DNA of 63,704 nt, counting the filler, from Choristocarpus tenellus KU-1152 (Eukaryota > Protista > Phaeophyceae): the NCBI GenBank assembly GCA_964200185.2. It is 9 parts of 9 records of this genome, joined end to end, with 100 filler letters (N's around TTAATTAATTAA, not from the genome) between each part and the next. Parts side by side here need not be neighbours in the genome. Positions count along the whole stretch, not along the records: positions 50,048 to 63,704 come from CAXNAD020001419.1; 8 more parts are not named here. The stretch is one strand, 5' to 3'. The position numbers were made by a program, and so were the translations under genes. Shown here piece after piece: positions 51,464 to 63,704 of the stretch. A model generated the notes under the pieces. It searched no databases, had not been told where the DNA came from, and was given only the letters and a program-made list of their open reading frames with translations. The stretch's first letter is position 1; each line of letters starts with the position of its first letter.

Positions 51464-51643
51464 GACCCAAAGTATCTGGGGGGGGGGGGGTGGTCTACAC
51501 CAGGGTGTCCATTTAGACAATAAGCAGGAAAAGTGCAATTACATTATCCATCCAACATTTGCAACCAAAATAACCCAAAAATCACGACATAAAAAAAATG
51601 GCCCCAACTGGACAGTCCCTAACCCCCCCAGATACTTTGAGTC
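51464..51643. mobile_element. Complete 180-bp MITE with 3-bp TSD ACT
   Basis: ACT|GACCCAAAGTATCTGGG ... CCCAGATACTTTGAGTC|ACT; opposite orientation to the 15109 copy. Confidence 0.93.
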
Positions 51644-51779
51644 ACTTCTTACCAACAGTACCATCTTGAAGAGAGACAAAACCTCCCCCCTTACACAAAA
51701 CAAGAACCAATACAAACTCGATCATCATCACCACATCTCCACAAGAGGCACAATCTAGGTTATTCCAGCAGACTGCTTT

Positions 51780-54700
51780 CTTATGTCCAACCTGGTGTTT
51801 AGGTGATGTGCAGAGAAGCACCCTATCTTCCTGCTCCCATCATCAACAAAGCGAGGAGACTGGGAACATTCTGGGCAATGATATCAGGACCCCTTCATGT
51901 CCACCATGCCATCCAGTCAATGCCTATACCAATACCCTACCTGTACACCTACCTACTATCCCAACTCAGATTTGGAGGCACATTCTTTGTGAGGGCATCG
52001 GACGTTTTTCCGATTCACCATGCCATCAAACTTATATTCAGCACAGTACATGGCCTTCCCGACCCCCTTATGACAAAAGCTAGGATTGCCAATACACTCT
52101 GGTTGATGGCATCAGAGGCTCCTAACATTCACCATACCATCCATCTTGTGCTCAGACAGTACATGGCCTTCCTATCCCCCTCATTACCAAAGCAAGGATA
52201 GCGGGCACGCTCTGGGTGGTGACAGTGACTTCCTGTTGCATTTACCATGCCATCCAGACAATGTGCAGAGCAGTACAGTGCCTTCCTGCCCCCCTCATTA
52301 CCAAAGTAAGATGTACAGGGATATTCTATGTAACAACACCTGGCAGTGTTCACACCCACCATGGCATTAAGTTATGTCCAGAGCGGTGCATGACTTTCCT
52401 GTTCCTCTCCTAACCAAAGCTAGCCCTGAGGGCATATTCTGGGTGATTGCACTTTCTAGTCTTCACATTCACCATGTCTTCCACCTTGTGTTAAGAGCAG
52501 TTCATGGCCTTCCTGTCCCTCTCATATCCAAAGCTAAATCTTTGGGGACATTCTATGTGATGGCATTGACGGTTCGTTAGATACACCATGCCATCCAGCT
52601 TGTGCTCAGAGCAGTACAGTGCTTTGCTGTCCCCCTCATTACCAAACCTTGGTCTGTGGGCACATTCTGCTTGATGGCATTGACGTTTCGTTAGATACTC
52701 CATGCCATCCATCTTGTGCTAAGAGTAGTACAGTGCCTTCCTGTCCCTCTCATAACCAAAGCTAGCACTGCAGGCACATTCTGGGAGAAGAGCGAAAGTA
52801 TCTTAGAGGGTACGAGTTTTGCCCTGTTTGTCCCTTTAGAGCTTGGCTTCCCATGTTTATTTTTATGACATTTTCCTACTCCAAAATGTTTCGGAGTAGG
52901 TAAAATATGTATGTTACGAAAAGGTGTGTCCAGAACAAGGATATTGACATTTCGTAACATACACGATAGTCAAAATTACATCAAAATTGCAACATTGGAT
53001 TTTGACCTCCAAATGGACACGGCTATACCCTCTAAGACAATTTCGCTCAGAAGGCATTGACGACTCTTTACATCCACCATGCCATCCAGCTTGTGCTCAG
53101 AGCAGTACATAGCCTTCTCGTCCCTCTCATAACCAAAGCAGGGGTAATGAACACATCAGGGTGATGAGACTTGATAGTCCTCACATTCATTATGCCCTCC
53201 AGCTTGTGCTCAGAGTAGTACATGACCTTCTCATCCCTCTCATTACCAAAGGCGGTAGCGATCACATTCTGGGTAATGGCACTTGATAGTCCTCACATTC
53301 CACATGCCTTCCAGCTTATGCTCAGAGCAGCACATGGCCTTCTTGTCCCCCTCATAACCAAAGCTAGATGTGCGAACACAGTCTGGGTGATGGCACTTGA
53401 TAGTCCTCACATTCCACATGCCTTCCAGCTTATACTCAGAGCACTATATGGCCTTCTCGTCCCCCTCATAACCAAAGCTAGATATGTGAGCACAGTCTGG
53501 GTGATGGCACTTGATAGTCCTCATATTCACCATACCCTCCATATTGTGCTCAGAGCAGTACATGGCCTTCTTGTCCCCCTCGTAACCAAAGCAAGATATG
53601 TGAGCACAGTCTGGGTGATGGCACTTGATAGTCCTCACATTCACCATGCCCTCCACCTTGTGCTCAGAACAGTACATGGCCTTCTTGTCCCCCTCATTAC
53701 CAAAGCAAGGTATGCGAACACATCCTGTGTGGTAGCATGAGTCCCTTTTCATATTGACCATGCCACCCACCTTACGTGCAGAGCAGTACATGGCCTTCCT
53801 GTCCCCCTCATTGCCAATGCTGAGGTGGACAGCACATCCTGTGTGATGACAAAGGCGGGTCCTCGCATTGACCATGCCTTCCACCTTACGTGCAAAGCAG
53901 CACATGGCCTTCCTGTCCCCTTCATTGCCAAACCTGGGGTAGACAGCACATCCTGTGTGATGGCATGATTTCCATTTCACATTTGACCATGCCATCCAGC
54001 TTATGCACAGAACATTAAAATGGCCTTCCTGTCCCCCTCATTACCAAAGCAAGATATGCGAGCACATCCTGTGTGATAGCATGAGTTCCTTTTCACATTG
54101 ACCACGCCGTCCACCTTGCAGAGCAGTACATGGCCTTCCTGTTCCGCTCATAACCAAAGCAAGATATGCGAGCACAGTCTGGGTGATGGCATGAATTCCC
54201 TTTCATATTGACCATGCCACCCACCTTATGTGCAGAGCAGTACATGGCCTTCCTGTCCTCCTCATTGCCAAACCTGGGGTAGACAGCACATCCTGTGTGA
54301 TGGCATGAGTTCCATTTCACATTGACCATGCCATCCACCTTATGTGCAAAGCAATATAGTGCTTTCCTCTTGCCCTCCCAGCCGAAATATGCGATGTAGC
54401 GGCATCGATTGTGCTGGCAACATGACTTGGGTCTCACCACGTCACTGCCTGGCACTATATCACTCTTATCATATTCCTATATGGAGGTCGGTAGTATACC
54501 TCGAATGCCAAGATTTTGTCGTTGTGGTGTTGGTTCAACAGATCCCCCATCATCTTCCACACACTATGTCCAGACCTATAATCCTGGTGTTCAATCCATA
54601 TCCTCCTCTTCTGGTGACGCAGCTGCACACTCAAGGGTTGACTATCATGTACTCTGGGAAGATGGAAAAAAATTGTTCCTTCACAGGTAAGGTGGATTTT

Positions 54701-54831
54701 GAGGTTGGGTTAGTACAATGATTAAGCTGGGTAGGGGAATTGGTCAGTTTAGTGTTGTTGTAGGAAGCATCTGCATCGTACAATACTTCGTTGTTTTCAA
54801 GCTTGACGTGCACCTTGTGGACCTGCTCCAT
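51780..54831 (-). pseudogene. EsV-1-7 cysteine-rich repeat protein gene with about 21 tandem 38-aa (114-nt) repeats, disrupted
   Basis: Unit C-HHxxC-x5-FGxEGDRKAMYCSxHKxxGMVNV (C-x4-C..FG..C-x2-H..GMVNV) is the EsV-1-7 signature. ORF pieces 54093-54455, 53444-53995, 53068-53265, 52491-52712, 52129-52362. Several stops and frameshifts and a 259-bp insertion. Putative N-terminus from ATG 54831. Confidence 0.88.
52790..53048. mobile_element. 259-bp MITE with GAG..CTC termini and 4-bp TSD AGAA (Sola2-like by structure)
   Basis: AGAA|GAGCGAAAGTATCTTAGAGGGTA ... TACCCTCTAAGACAATTTCGCTC|AGAA (21/23 TIR match). Removing it restores the repeat ..SRQCLLPECACSASFG. Confidence 0.88.
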
Positions 54832-57800
54832 TCAACCCACTGGTCTGCTCACCACTTTTTGTTAGGAATAGTTGGGAGGATTGAATGGGACGAACTTGAA
54901 AACATCACCTCTCTCCATCTAAATGAAAATAGGAATGTAATATATCTAATATATTTATCTCTACATTTTACCATTTTAGAGATGTGTGATGGGAATAACG
55001 AAGGAAATGGCAAATAATATTTTTATGTTTTTGAATTAACATTTTCCAATTGCTATATCAATTTGAGTTAAGAGTAAGAGAGAACCCCTACCATACCCTC
55101 CACATCATAACAAACAAATCTTAGTATATCATGTCCTCTTCCATTTTGAATAGATATATGAGGAAACAAAGTCAAACATGTATTGCAAGGAACTCTGCCG
55201 TGATATCCTGTACAGCTGCATATCATCACCCAAGAAGGTGGGCTCAAGGTTGTAGTTTATCGCACGTCACGTGTACACCATTACATTAGTAGGACACCAT
55301 TGGAATGGATGGTAGAGAAGTAGTAGAGAGAGGGAGAGAGGGCGGAAAGGTATTCGCTGCAATGGTGCTAACACCGGAAATCGTAGAAGTTGTTCAAATA
55401 GTCGGAATTGAAGGACATTTGATAGGGTTTGAGCAAAAGCCCCTAATTGGGACAACGTTGACCAACCTCGACCCTGTTATTCTGATTCAACTCGACAGTG
55501 AAACATTTCCGCTGTTCCGTCTCATCTACAGCTGGTCTCGTATGGGGGACGGAGTTGGTGCCGAGATCAAAGTATCGATGGCGAGAAGTTAGATATACAA
55601 GATTCACTCTTGATTGCAACCGTTGTTTCTCGAACGGCATTGTTGTGAAGCCAAAGACACACCGAGAACACGTGATGGGGCGCAGAAAGAACTCTCAACC
55701 ATTTGATTTTCCCATTTTCCCATTCTATACCGAGAATAGCACACCACTCAAACAACCCCCATCAGTTATACCCAGAAGGTTAATGCAAGATTGGAAATGG
55801 CTCGGTCGCAAATGCAGTCGAACAGTAGAGGTTTTTTTCCATTAGGGAGCAATAGAGAACAGCGCAAGAACAACACTACAGCTCCTCTCCTTTCACCTGA
55901 TTGTGTCAATCCCATGGTTGTAGTATACCGGGGGCAGACTATAAGAAATAGGTGGGTTGACCCTCATGTGTGAAAGTAATGTGTATTGAGTAGATTGAAC
56001 CTAGTACAAAGACTAGGGTGTGCCCTGAGCATATGTTGGTCTGGAAGTTACAGTTACAGGTTGACGATGTTGATTGTTTTGTTCTGTAAATTGGAATTGT
56101 GGCTGAATCTCTTTGATGTGTGATGCGATGCAATGACTATACATTATATAGGTGTGTTTTGAACGTACCATATTGTGGTAGCTAATGTAATGAATGAAGA
56201 GATCGTAGGTTCTCTACTTTAAAGATGTCACATCACTCCACTGGTAATATTGTGGAGTGAGATCATAACAATAATGGGGTAGCCTCCCTCGCCATGGAAG
56301 CAATGTGTATGGAGTGAGGAGGTAGGATGGAATTCCGTGAAGGTTGAAGTTATGGATTGATGTAATGGTTTTGAATTGCATATGGATGTTGAGTCCTGCA
56401 TAGGCTAGGAATATGCCTCCATGCAGTACTTACTGGTAGTGTGAAGTAATGAATTGGTCACACAGGATTGAATATTTAGAAAAAGAAGTTGATGTTGTGG
56501 TTAGACACTTTTGATTGAGTGAAGGCATACTGCATTGCTGAAGATGTTGTGTGGTGTTCATCCTCGTATGGTATTGATTACACAGGGTTTTTCCACTTGA
56601 TTATTTATCTTCTGCCGTTAGAAGCAGAATGTAGAGGTTTATTACAGTAGATGAGAAACGACAGTCCAGGCGTCCAACATTCAACACATTGATCATTAGT
56701 TCACCTGATGTGCAAGTAGGGTAGACCTTAGTTTTATATTCAGTTGGTACTGAGTAAGGATCATACTGATGTCAAGCAAGTGCACTCTCTTAACAACCAA
56801 ATCCACTATTTGCATTAGACGTTAGATCTCAAACCAACTACTCTAGTACAATTGATAATCGTTTATGTATGTGTTGTGCAAAGTGATATCTGCATAACCT
56901 TTCAAGAATTATATATGATATGTGAGCAGTAGATAAATATATGTGTGTGTATAACACTCTCACCAACGTAGACAATTGTTTCTGAAGTTTCTTTGGGCAA
57001 TGAACAAATTATGCCTATTCCTGACTAATCTCCTACCTCCTCTTGGTTGTGATGATTCTTTTTTGGCATCAAATCGTAAATCCTCTTATCTGTACAAGAA
57101 GGACTGTAGCAGTCGAAAGGCTGTCCCACCCAACCTTCAAAGGAACAGACGGGATGGAGGTCCTTGATAGGACAGAGGTGTGTATATACATACTTGCCAC
57201 TCTCAAGCTTTCAAACACACGCATACTATTAATTGGCCTGTAGGGGGTCTCATGGACTGCATTTGGTCTCCTTTCTGTTCTGTATCGCATGTGTTTTTCT
57301 CCTAGTCTTTTCATCCACATCCAACTCTACTCTCTCTCCTCACATCAATAGTGAGACCACTAGGTTATTGTTGGCTCTAAGGCCTTAGATATTTGGGCTG
57401 AGAAGGCTTTCAAAACTGGAGGGTGGTGCTGCAGTATGTTTCTGTATGAACAATGGGCAAAGATTTGTGATAATTCAACAGCGTTAGCACACACAAGCCA
57501 AATACCCAAGGCCAACCTTTTGTGATATTCTAAGTGTGGCTAGACTCAGAAAGGGCAAGACCTCCTTCCCATCTTCACTCCTTTCTTTGATACACACAAA
57601 TATTTTCTACTGTAAGATGACTGCTGGCATCTCACCAAATTTTGCATGGTTGATGAAGACAATGGGAGTGGATGTGAACATATCTGTTGCTCTTGTCTCA
57701 GTGTGGATTGTGAGTCTCTTGGACACCCCAGGAGACCATTGAGTACATTTTAATTTGAAATTGTGCATACATTGCAAGAAATGTGTGTCCATATTATGTC

Positions 57801-60800
57801 TGTAGTGTGTTGTGTGTTTACTAAGCATATTAGCACTGGAATGTGCCACATTAACAGAGTTTCAAACAAGAACTCTTCCTATGTACGGGTTGATCTTACC
57901 CATACACATACAATACTACTGATAATGCATATACACAAAGGCTCTAATGTAGTGCTACACATGTTTCTATTGTTCTTCATTAGCGGGTGTTCAGATACAC
58001 GCACCAAAATTCTTTGGAAATACACCCATGTTGTGTTAATTCTATTATGATAGGCATGAGAATTGTGATTTAAAAGTTATGGAGCAGAGGTGTGTGGAGG
58101 ATGCACTTTGGTAGTGACAGTTTTAATTTGGTACTGTTGTGCAAAGGAATTGCAATTGCTATAAGGCGTTTTTGCGATTTTTTGGGGTCTGCAGTGCCTT
58201 GCTCAATATGGGTCTATTTTGATACGAGGAGCAATGGGGGAAGAGATAGTTATTGCTGTCAAGATGAGTCTTCCACATTTGAACACTATTCTTTTCCTTA
58301 TGATATTTTTCACTTGACCTAGTGATATTTCCTGCGGCAGTAGCATTCTCCCTTACGTCTCCTCTCCTACCATCAACTTCCCCCCATGCTGCTGTTCAGT
58401 GGGCAGTTGAACTGCAGTGCCAAGGCATTTGAGCAATTTGGTGGTACTGCATGGGTGGTGCATAGAGGGTTAAGGGGGAGGTGTTAGGTCTGTAGATACA
58501 CAACTCAAATTCGAGCTTCACACAGGAGGTGGGTATAGATGGGTGGTATTTGGTGTTACGGTTGATAGTGGGGGGGTATTGATTCAAAGGCGATTTTTGG
58601 AGTAAGGTGGTTGGAGTGTTCAAGCTTGACAGGGACAAGGGTGGTGCACAATGGGTGCATAACAAGCATCGAGACATTGTCTATAGGAATACCCTAAGAA
58701 GGAAAAGGATCAACCCCAAATAGCCTGCATATACTGGTCAATCACATTATGTGATGTGCACTATGTATTTTCTTGATCAGTGCAGTGAATAAGATTAATC
58801 ATTGTCAGTGAAATGAGAATTAGGCAGGGTTGCATCTGAATGATCCCGAGAATGGGCAAAACGGTGCCATTTTGTACCATTAGAGAGAGAGGCTTTGTTA
58901 TATTGTGATGTCATTTTGTGTGTGGAAAGGGGGAATGTATATCTTGGGGACATCATTGTGCACATCAAGCCGTAAAATAGAGTAGGCTTGAAGGGTAGGG
59001 AAAATGGCTTGAAATGCAAAAGGATGCTAACCTGCCATCCTGTTGATTGGTTTGGCTCACCGGTTCTATGATGAATATGTTGTCAAGTGTAGACAGAGGT
59101 TGTTATCACTGGATGGTTGGACAAAATATATTGATGTTGATGCATGTTTTCATGTGTATGTGCAACAGATGGAAACAAGCTGACAGGTTCTTCTTCAAAA
59201 TGAAGAGGAGCGGGAAAACCCATCGGAGGCAAGGTCAAAGAGAGAGAGAGAAGTCAAGAGGGAGAGCAATCCTTCAGAAGATCACTCGGGAAAGGAGTGA
59301 TTAATTGGTAACTGAAAGGGGTTTTTGGCAAGGTCCCTCCAAACCACCCGATATTACTTCAAGCAGATGTTACCTTCAACATGCAAGAACAAATGTCATA
59401 CGAATATCGGATTCTTCAAGATAGGTTACCTTCAGGGTATACCTTCTGTGGAAGATGGCTCTCACATATACTTCCAATAGTATTTTCTCACTCTTTCAAT
59501 ATTGTGTAATGATTGTGCAATATTTACTAGGAATATATATTTATGTGTAGGTATTATGTTTGTATGTGGGTATATAGTATTTTGCAAAATGCCAAGGATA
59601 GGTTCTTTTTGCGGACTGAAACAAGAGGACTGGCTCTATGCCGTCAATGTCAAACATAGGCCTGCCTGACCAGTGGATCATCGGTATGTGATCAATATAT
59701 CTATGCGTAAAAATAATATGGATATGAAGAGAGCGCTTGTTGACAATGGTGCTGTTCATGACACAGTTGGAAATATCACCCCTAGAAACGCCATAAATCA
59801 GTTTCTTTTTCTGGTGGTTTCAACATTATATGGTTTTGATTCATCTTGTTGAATGTAGTGTCAAAGTTATGTAACTGTCAAAACGATGAATTGGAGTTTT
59901 TTGGGAGAATACTGTTCATACAGTACTTCTTGATTGATCACTTTCTTTTACATACAAACTGAACACATTTTTCTTGTTTCTCCTCATGTCAGGTTGGGGT
60001 AATTTCCCTCGCCCTGGAAATGTGTTAAGTGTTTTTGTTAGGTGTATAGAGATGGAATGTGTACAACTAGTGTGTATACATGATGGTTGGTAAGCTGTTT
60101 CAGCGTATAACATATAGTAGTGCAGATCAGAAAATTGAAGATCAACATATAGATAGTTGGAACAAGCATTATATTCCTTACTTTGAAGTATGATGCTTTT
60201 CCTATAGTGTAGCAGTCATACCTATTTGTATGTGCGGTTATCTATGAATATATATTTGTAGTATTTTTCATTTCCTCTTTGACATCCTAGCCCTCAACCT
60301 CTAGGACTATTTTTGACACAATTTCTTTGTGTATTTTGGAATGGCATGTGTACTATGATGCGAGAAAGACAAAAGAATGTGACGATGAAAGCACCACTCT
60401 ATCTGGGTTGTCTTTTCAATGTGCTTGCATGCATACATGATTTTGAAACCATGTGATTTTCCTTTTCAACATAATTCAGAACAAGTCTATACATGTGGCA
60501 GGTTGCTAACCAAAAGCCTAACCGTCCATCGTCTGACTTGCCCTCCGTTCGTTCAGTTTTTCCTGCCGTTGGGGATTCCCTGGCGTCGTCTGCCCATCTT
60601 CCGAGCCCCAAATATGGCATGTTTTGGGTTCTTATTATGAGAATGTTTTTCCGACAGACGCAAGAGTCAGAGGTGGATTCCTTGTGGGAAATGGGTCGTG
60701 TAGAATATTCCAATACCTGGACTTGACAGTTTTTTTGCAGCTTCAAAATTCAACAACTGTGACTACACTGTCCTTGCCATTCCCTGCTCAGCTACAGGAC

Positions 60801-63704
60801 TGCCAGAGGTATTGAACGTTGAAATACAATCCATACGTAAATGTGCAGACTAGAGCTTATACACAGGAATGTTGATATTGGTATTTGAACTTGTTGGAGA
60901 AAATGAACTAGCCAAGGATCTTTCAAACAGCAAGCACTGCCTATTCACCAATGGTTATTTTAGAAACAGTTGTAGATCTATTCACGGTCCTTCCATGCCC
61001 GTGAGGATGTCTAGATAGAGACGCACCTAGTGATCAAGGATGACTTGATACACAACAGGAACGTTTGGGGAGTGGTGAGACAGAGTAGAAGGGGAGGTGG
61101 GGTAATATGTCAGTGAGGTAGTTGTTGAGTGGTAGAGATGTTCTGTCTGATAAACCCATTGTATCTTTGTTTTTGTCTGTTGAGTGACAATCCTGTGTAA
61201 TACTCCTGTGTGTCCCTTGCAACTACCATAATGGGCTACTCCCGAACTTCGATGACCAGGATGCTATACTGTAGGCGCAAGAGCTGTGAGTGGGACCTGT
61301 GCCTGCCTGCACAGATTTGGTGATTTAGCTAGGGTGACACATATTTGTGAGGTCTGGATGTAACCATGACGTATGGAAAAATGGCAAGAAGGAACTCTAG
61401 GTCAATGATGAGGGTATCACAAGTCATGACCCTGCCAGACAGCTCACCAAGAGATCACATTTTGGGTCGACCATCTAGTCAAGAGTGTTCAACAAATGTT
61501 TAGGGTTATAAGGTAGCAGGCAAAGGTGGGGTGTCTAACAATAGTTGCATATAACAAATGAATCGCGCCTAGCAGTAGCTAATAATATTATACCATTTTA
61601 AACTCCCTCCGGTCCAGTCATTTTAAACAACTGGATATTGTTGTGTGGGCGACTCACATATTGTCACAGTTGCAATTCCTATTTTTCGGAGTTCCTTGTG
61701 ATTTTGGGGGGTAGAGGTGTGTATGCCGATGTATGTACTTTCCTGCGCAGTGTGACTTCGAATATGCCTCTGCCCTTGTGACCCCCCTTCCCTTTCCTTG
61801 CACAGGTTCCCATGGGATGATATATGGCCATGAGCTGTAAGTACAACAATATTACTGCTACATGGAGGAGTTCCATATACTACAAGTAGGGAGCACCACC
61901 CCTCTACTCTCACCTTCATCAAACAGAATTACAATAGATGTGTAGTACTACAAACTACAACACACTATTCCTAACTCAAGCCACCTTCTCCTAGTACACA
62001 AAACTCTGGTACACCAAGATATCATACCACGACAATTCCCTGCTTGCAGGCAGTATTGCTATCATCCTTTAAAATATATACACCCTAATACCCACCCCTC
62101 AATAATATCCAAAATTCTAGTGTATGAGGTTCTACACAACAAGGAATAATAGATACATACACATATATATATATATAAACCCCCGAGTATGCTTCTGGCT
62201 CCTAGTACATAATCGGTATAGTAGTTGGGGACTGCAGGTTGGGAGTGTATTGTGATGTAGAGATAATGGCCATCTTGTTTATGGGTAGAAAACAACTTTG
62301 AAATGTTTTTTCTTGTATGTACGTTTGTTGTCTTTTTCAGCATTTGGGATCTTTTACTTTGCTTCTAAAAATTGTAAAATGATATTGTTTGTACTATAGT
62401 ACATTAGTTACATTTCTATTACAGTTTGATGAAAAACCTAACTTTGTTTCTTTGCTGTCTTGACATAGCCTCCAGGGCATAGTTGAACAAAGGATAAGTA
62501 TAGATGGTATATTTATATCCCGTTATGTGGATGTACATTATCATGTCTTATTCTATTTCTAGCGTTGAAGGTGCCAAATATGTTCAGGCATACTTCTGAG
62601 CTTTGGACGTGGTTGTTGATCATAAATTTGAGGGAAGGGTTCATAGGTACATAACAATAACATGAACTAGTGTTGACTCCTGATCCGGCCGCCCGTACTG
62701 GTCACTCAGTGTTTAAACAACTATATCACACATGTACTGCTATAATTAATATGCATATACATGACTTGCCGTTGCATTATGTGTAACTGTAGAACATTTG
62801 ATTCCTGGAATTAGCAGATACTCTTCAACATGCAAGCTGTGTATGTGCACAACACGCATTGACTCAGTTTTTCTATATATTCATCGCAGAAGAATGGCAG
62901 TGGTGTCTGTATCTATCTTGGATTGACGTCACACCCACTTACACTACGAATCCATTCTGCTTTGAGTATACCTGATACACAACTGGATGAGATATATCCA
63001 GACTTAAGAATATCCATGACCTTCTTCACAACATAACCAGCCTCTACAAAGATCGTGTATCATTTCCCATAAATGCACCAAGGAACAGCACGACACATCT
63101 TGATATCTTAACCTATAACTATGCAGAGCATGTCACAAGATCCAACACTCTGAACTGATCGGTCCTTCAGCGGTCTGCATCAACCCTTCATACTGAGCGT
63201 TCAAGACTCTACACATAGCACTACTTGAGAAATAACAATTCATTCAATATAAGATTTCAACAGGTTACGAGCCTCACACTATTCCCCTTCGCAATACGTG
63301 ACACCAACTTCGATCCCCTATTCTAATTCAGATTGGTAATGAAGAATTTCTGTAGGGAGATCTCGTATGGGGAACGAAATAGATGCTGAGGGCGAATCGC
63401 TAATGACAACGACTTAATTCTTTAACACCAGTATGGGCTACAGTAGTTTGATTGCTGTCAAGTGAAAGTCAATAATCAACTTTACAGCTCAAGCAGAGAA
63501 CACACAATGGGGTGCGGAAAAAACTCTCCCTCAGCCAATTTCCCAATCCATACCGAGAATAGTACACAACACAGGCAACTTCCATCATCTGCAACCACAT
63601 GGATAGATTTTTGAAGTTCCAATCGAAGCTCCACTGAACAGCCGATTTCAAAAATTGAGGATGGAGCTTTTCATTGAGGATGGGCTTGACCCAAAATTGA
63701 CTGG

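Noticed and set aside
53222-53740. 172-aa plus-strand repetitive ORF (and 51803-52580 plus-strand ORFs)
   Set aside because: Antisense shadow of the minus-strand EsV-1-7 repeats.
30976-54831. Dynein, ROCO, eIF3e, TVP38 and EsV-1-7 as a functional gene cluster or endogenous viral region
   Set aside because: Each lies on a different concatenated contig, and no NCLDV core genes are visible near the EsV-1-7 array.
60497-60722. CAGG...CCTG-bounded segment as a hAT MITE
   Set aside because: TIR match is very short and no TSD was found.

Overview
Eukaryotic, intron-rich, repeat-dense DNA, most likely from a brown alga or related stramenopile (inferred from the EsV-1-7 repeat gene, a brown-algal-type ROCO C-terminus, an IFT dynein and scattered TTAGGG seeds). 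The window is not one locus. It is 9 sequence pieces joined by eight identical 100-nt artificial spacers (44 N + TTAATTAATTAA + 44 N), so adjacency across spacers means nothing. Host genes: a 9-exon C-terminal part of cytoplasmic dynein-2 heavy chain (30976-37806, +), 4 exons of eIF3e (42333-44777, -), and a complete 6-exon TVP38/TMEM64 (VTT/DedA) gene (46542-48666, -). Pseudogenes: a ROCO C-terminus (38.4-39.9 kb) and an intronless EsV-1-7 gene with about 21 Cys/His repeats and hypervariable positions (51.8-54.8 kb). The rest is mostly mobile or repetitive: three plant-type mariner relics (one a fold-back at the point where a 119-bp satellite flips orientation), a hAT-type non-autonomous element, a TA-flanked TIR element carrying a SET-like fragment, a CRE-like retroelement end, a pogo-like HTH fragment, a ~180-bp MITE family with ANT target preference (10 copies, mostly at assembly breaks), a 259-bp MITE with a 4-bp TSD, and a 2.3-kb inverted pair with an internal 57-bp minisatellite. 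All family assignments come from motif recognition by eye; no searches were run.
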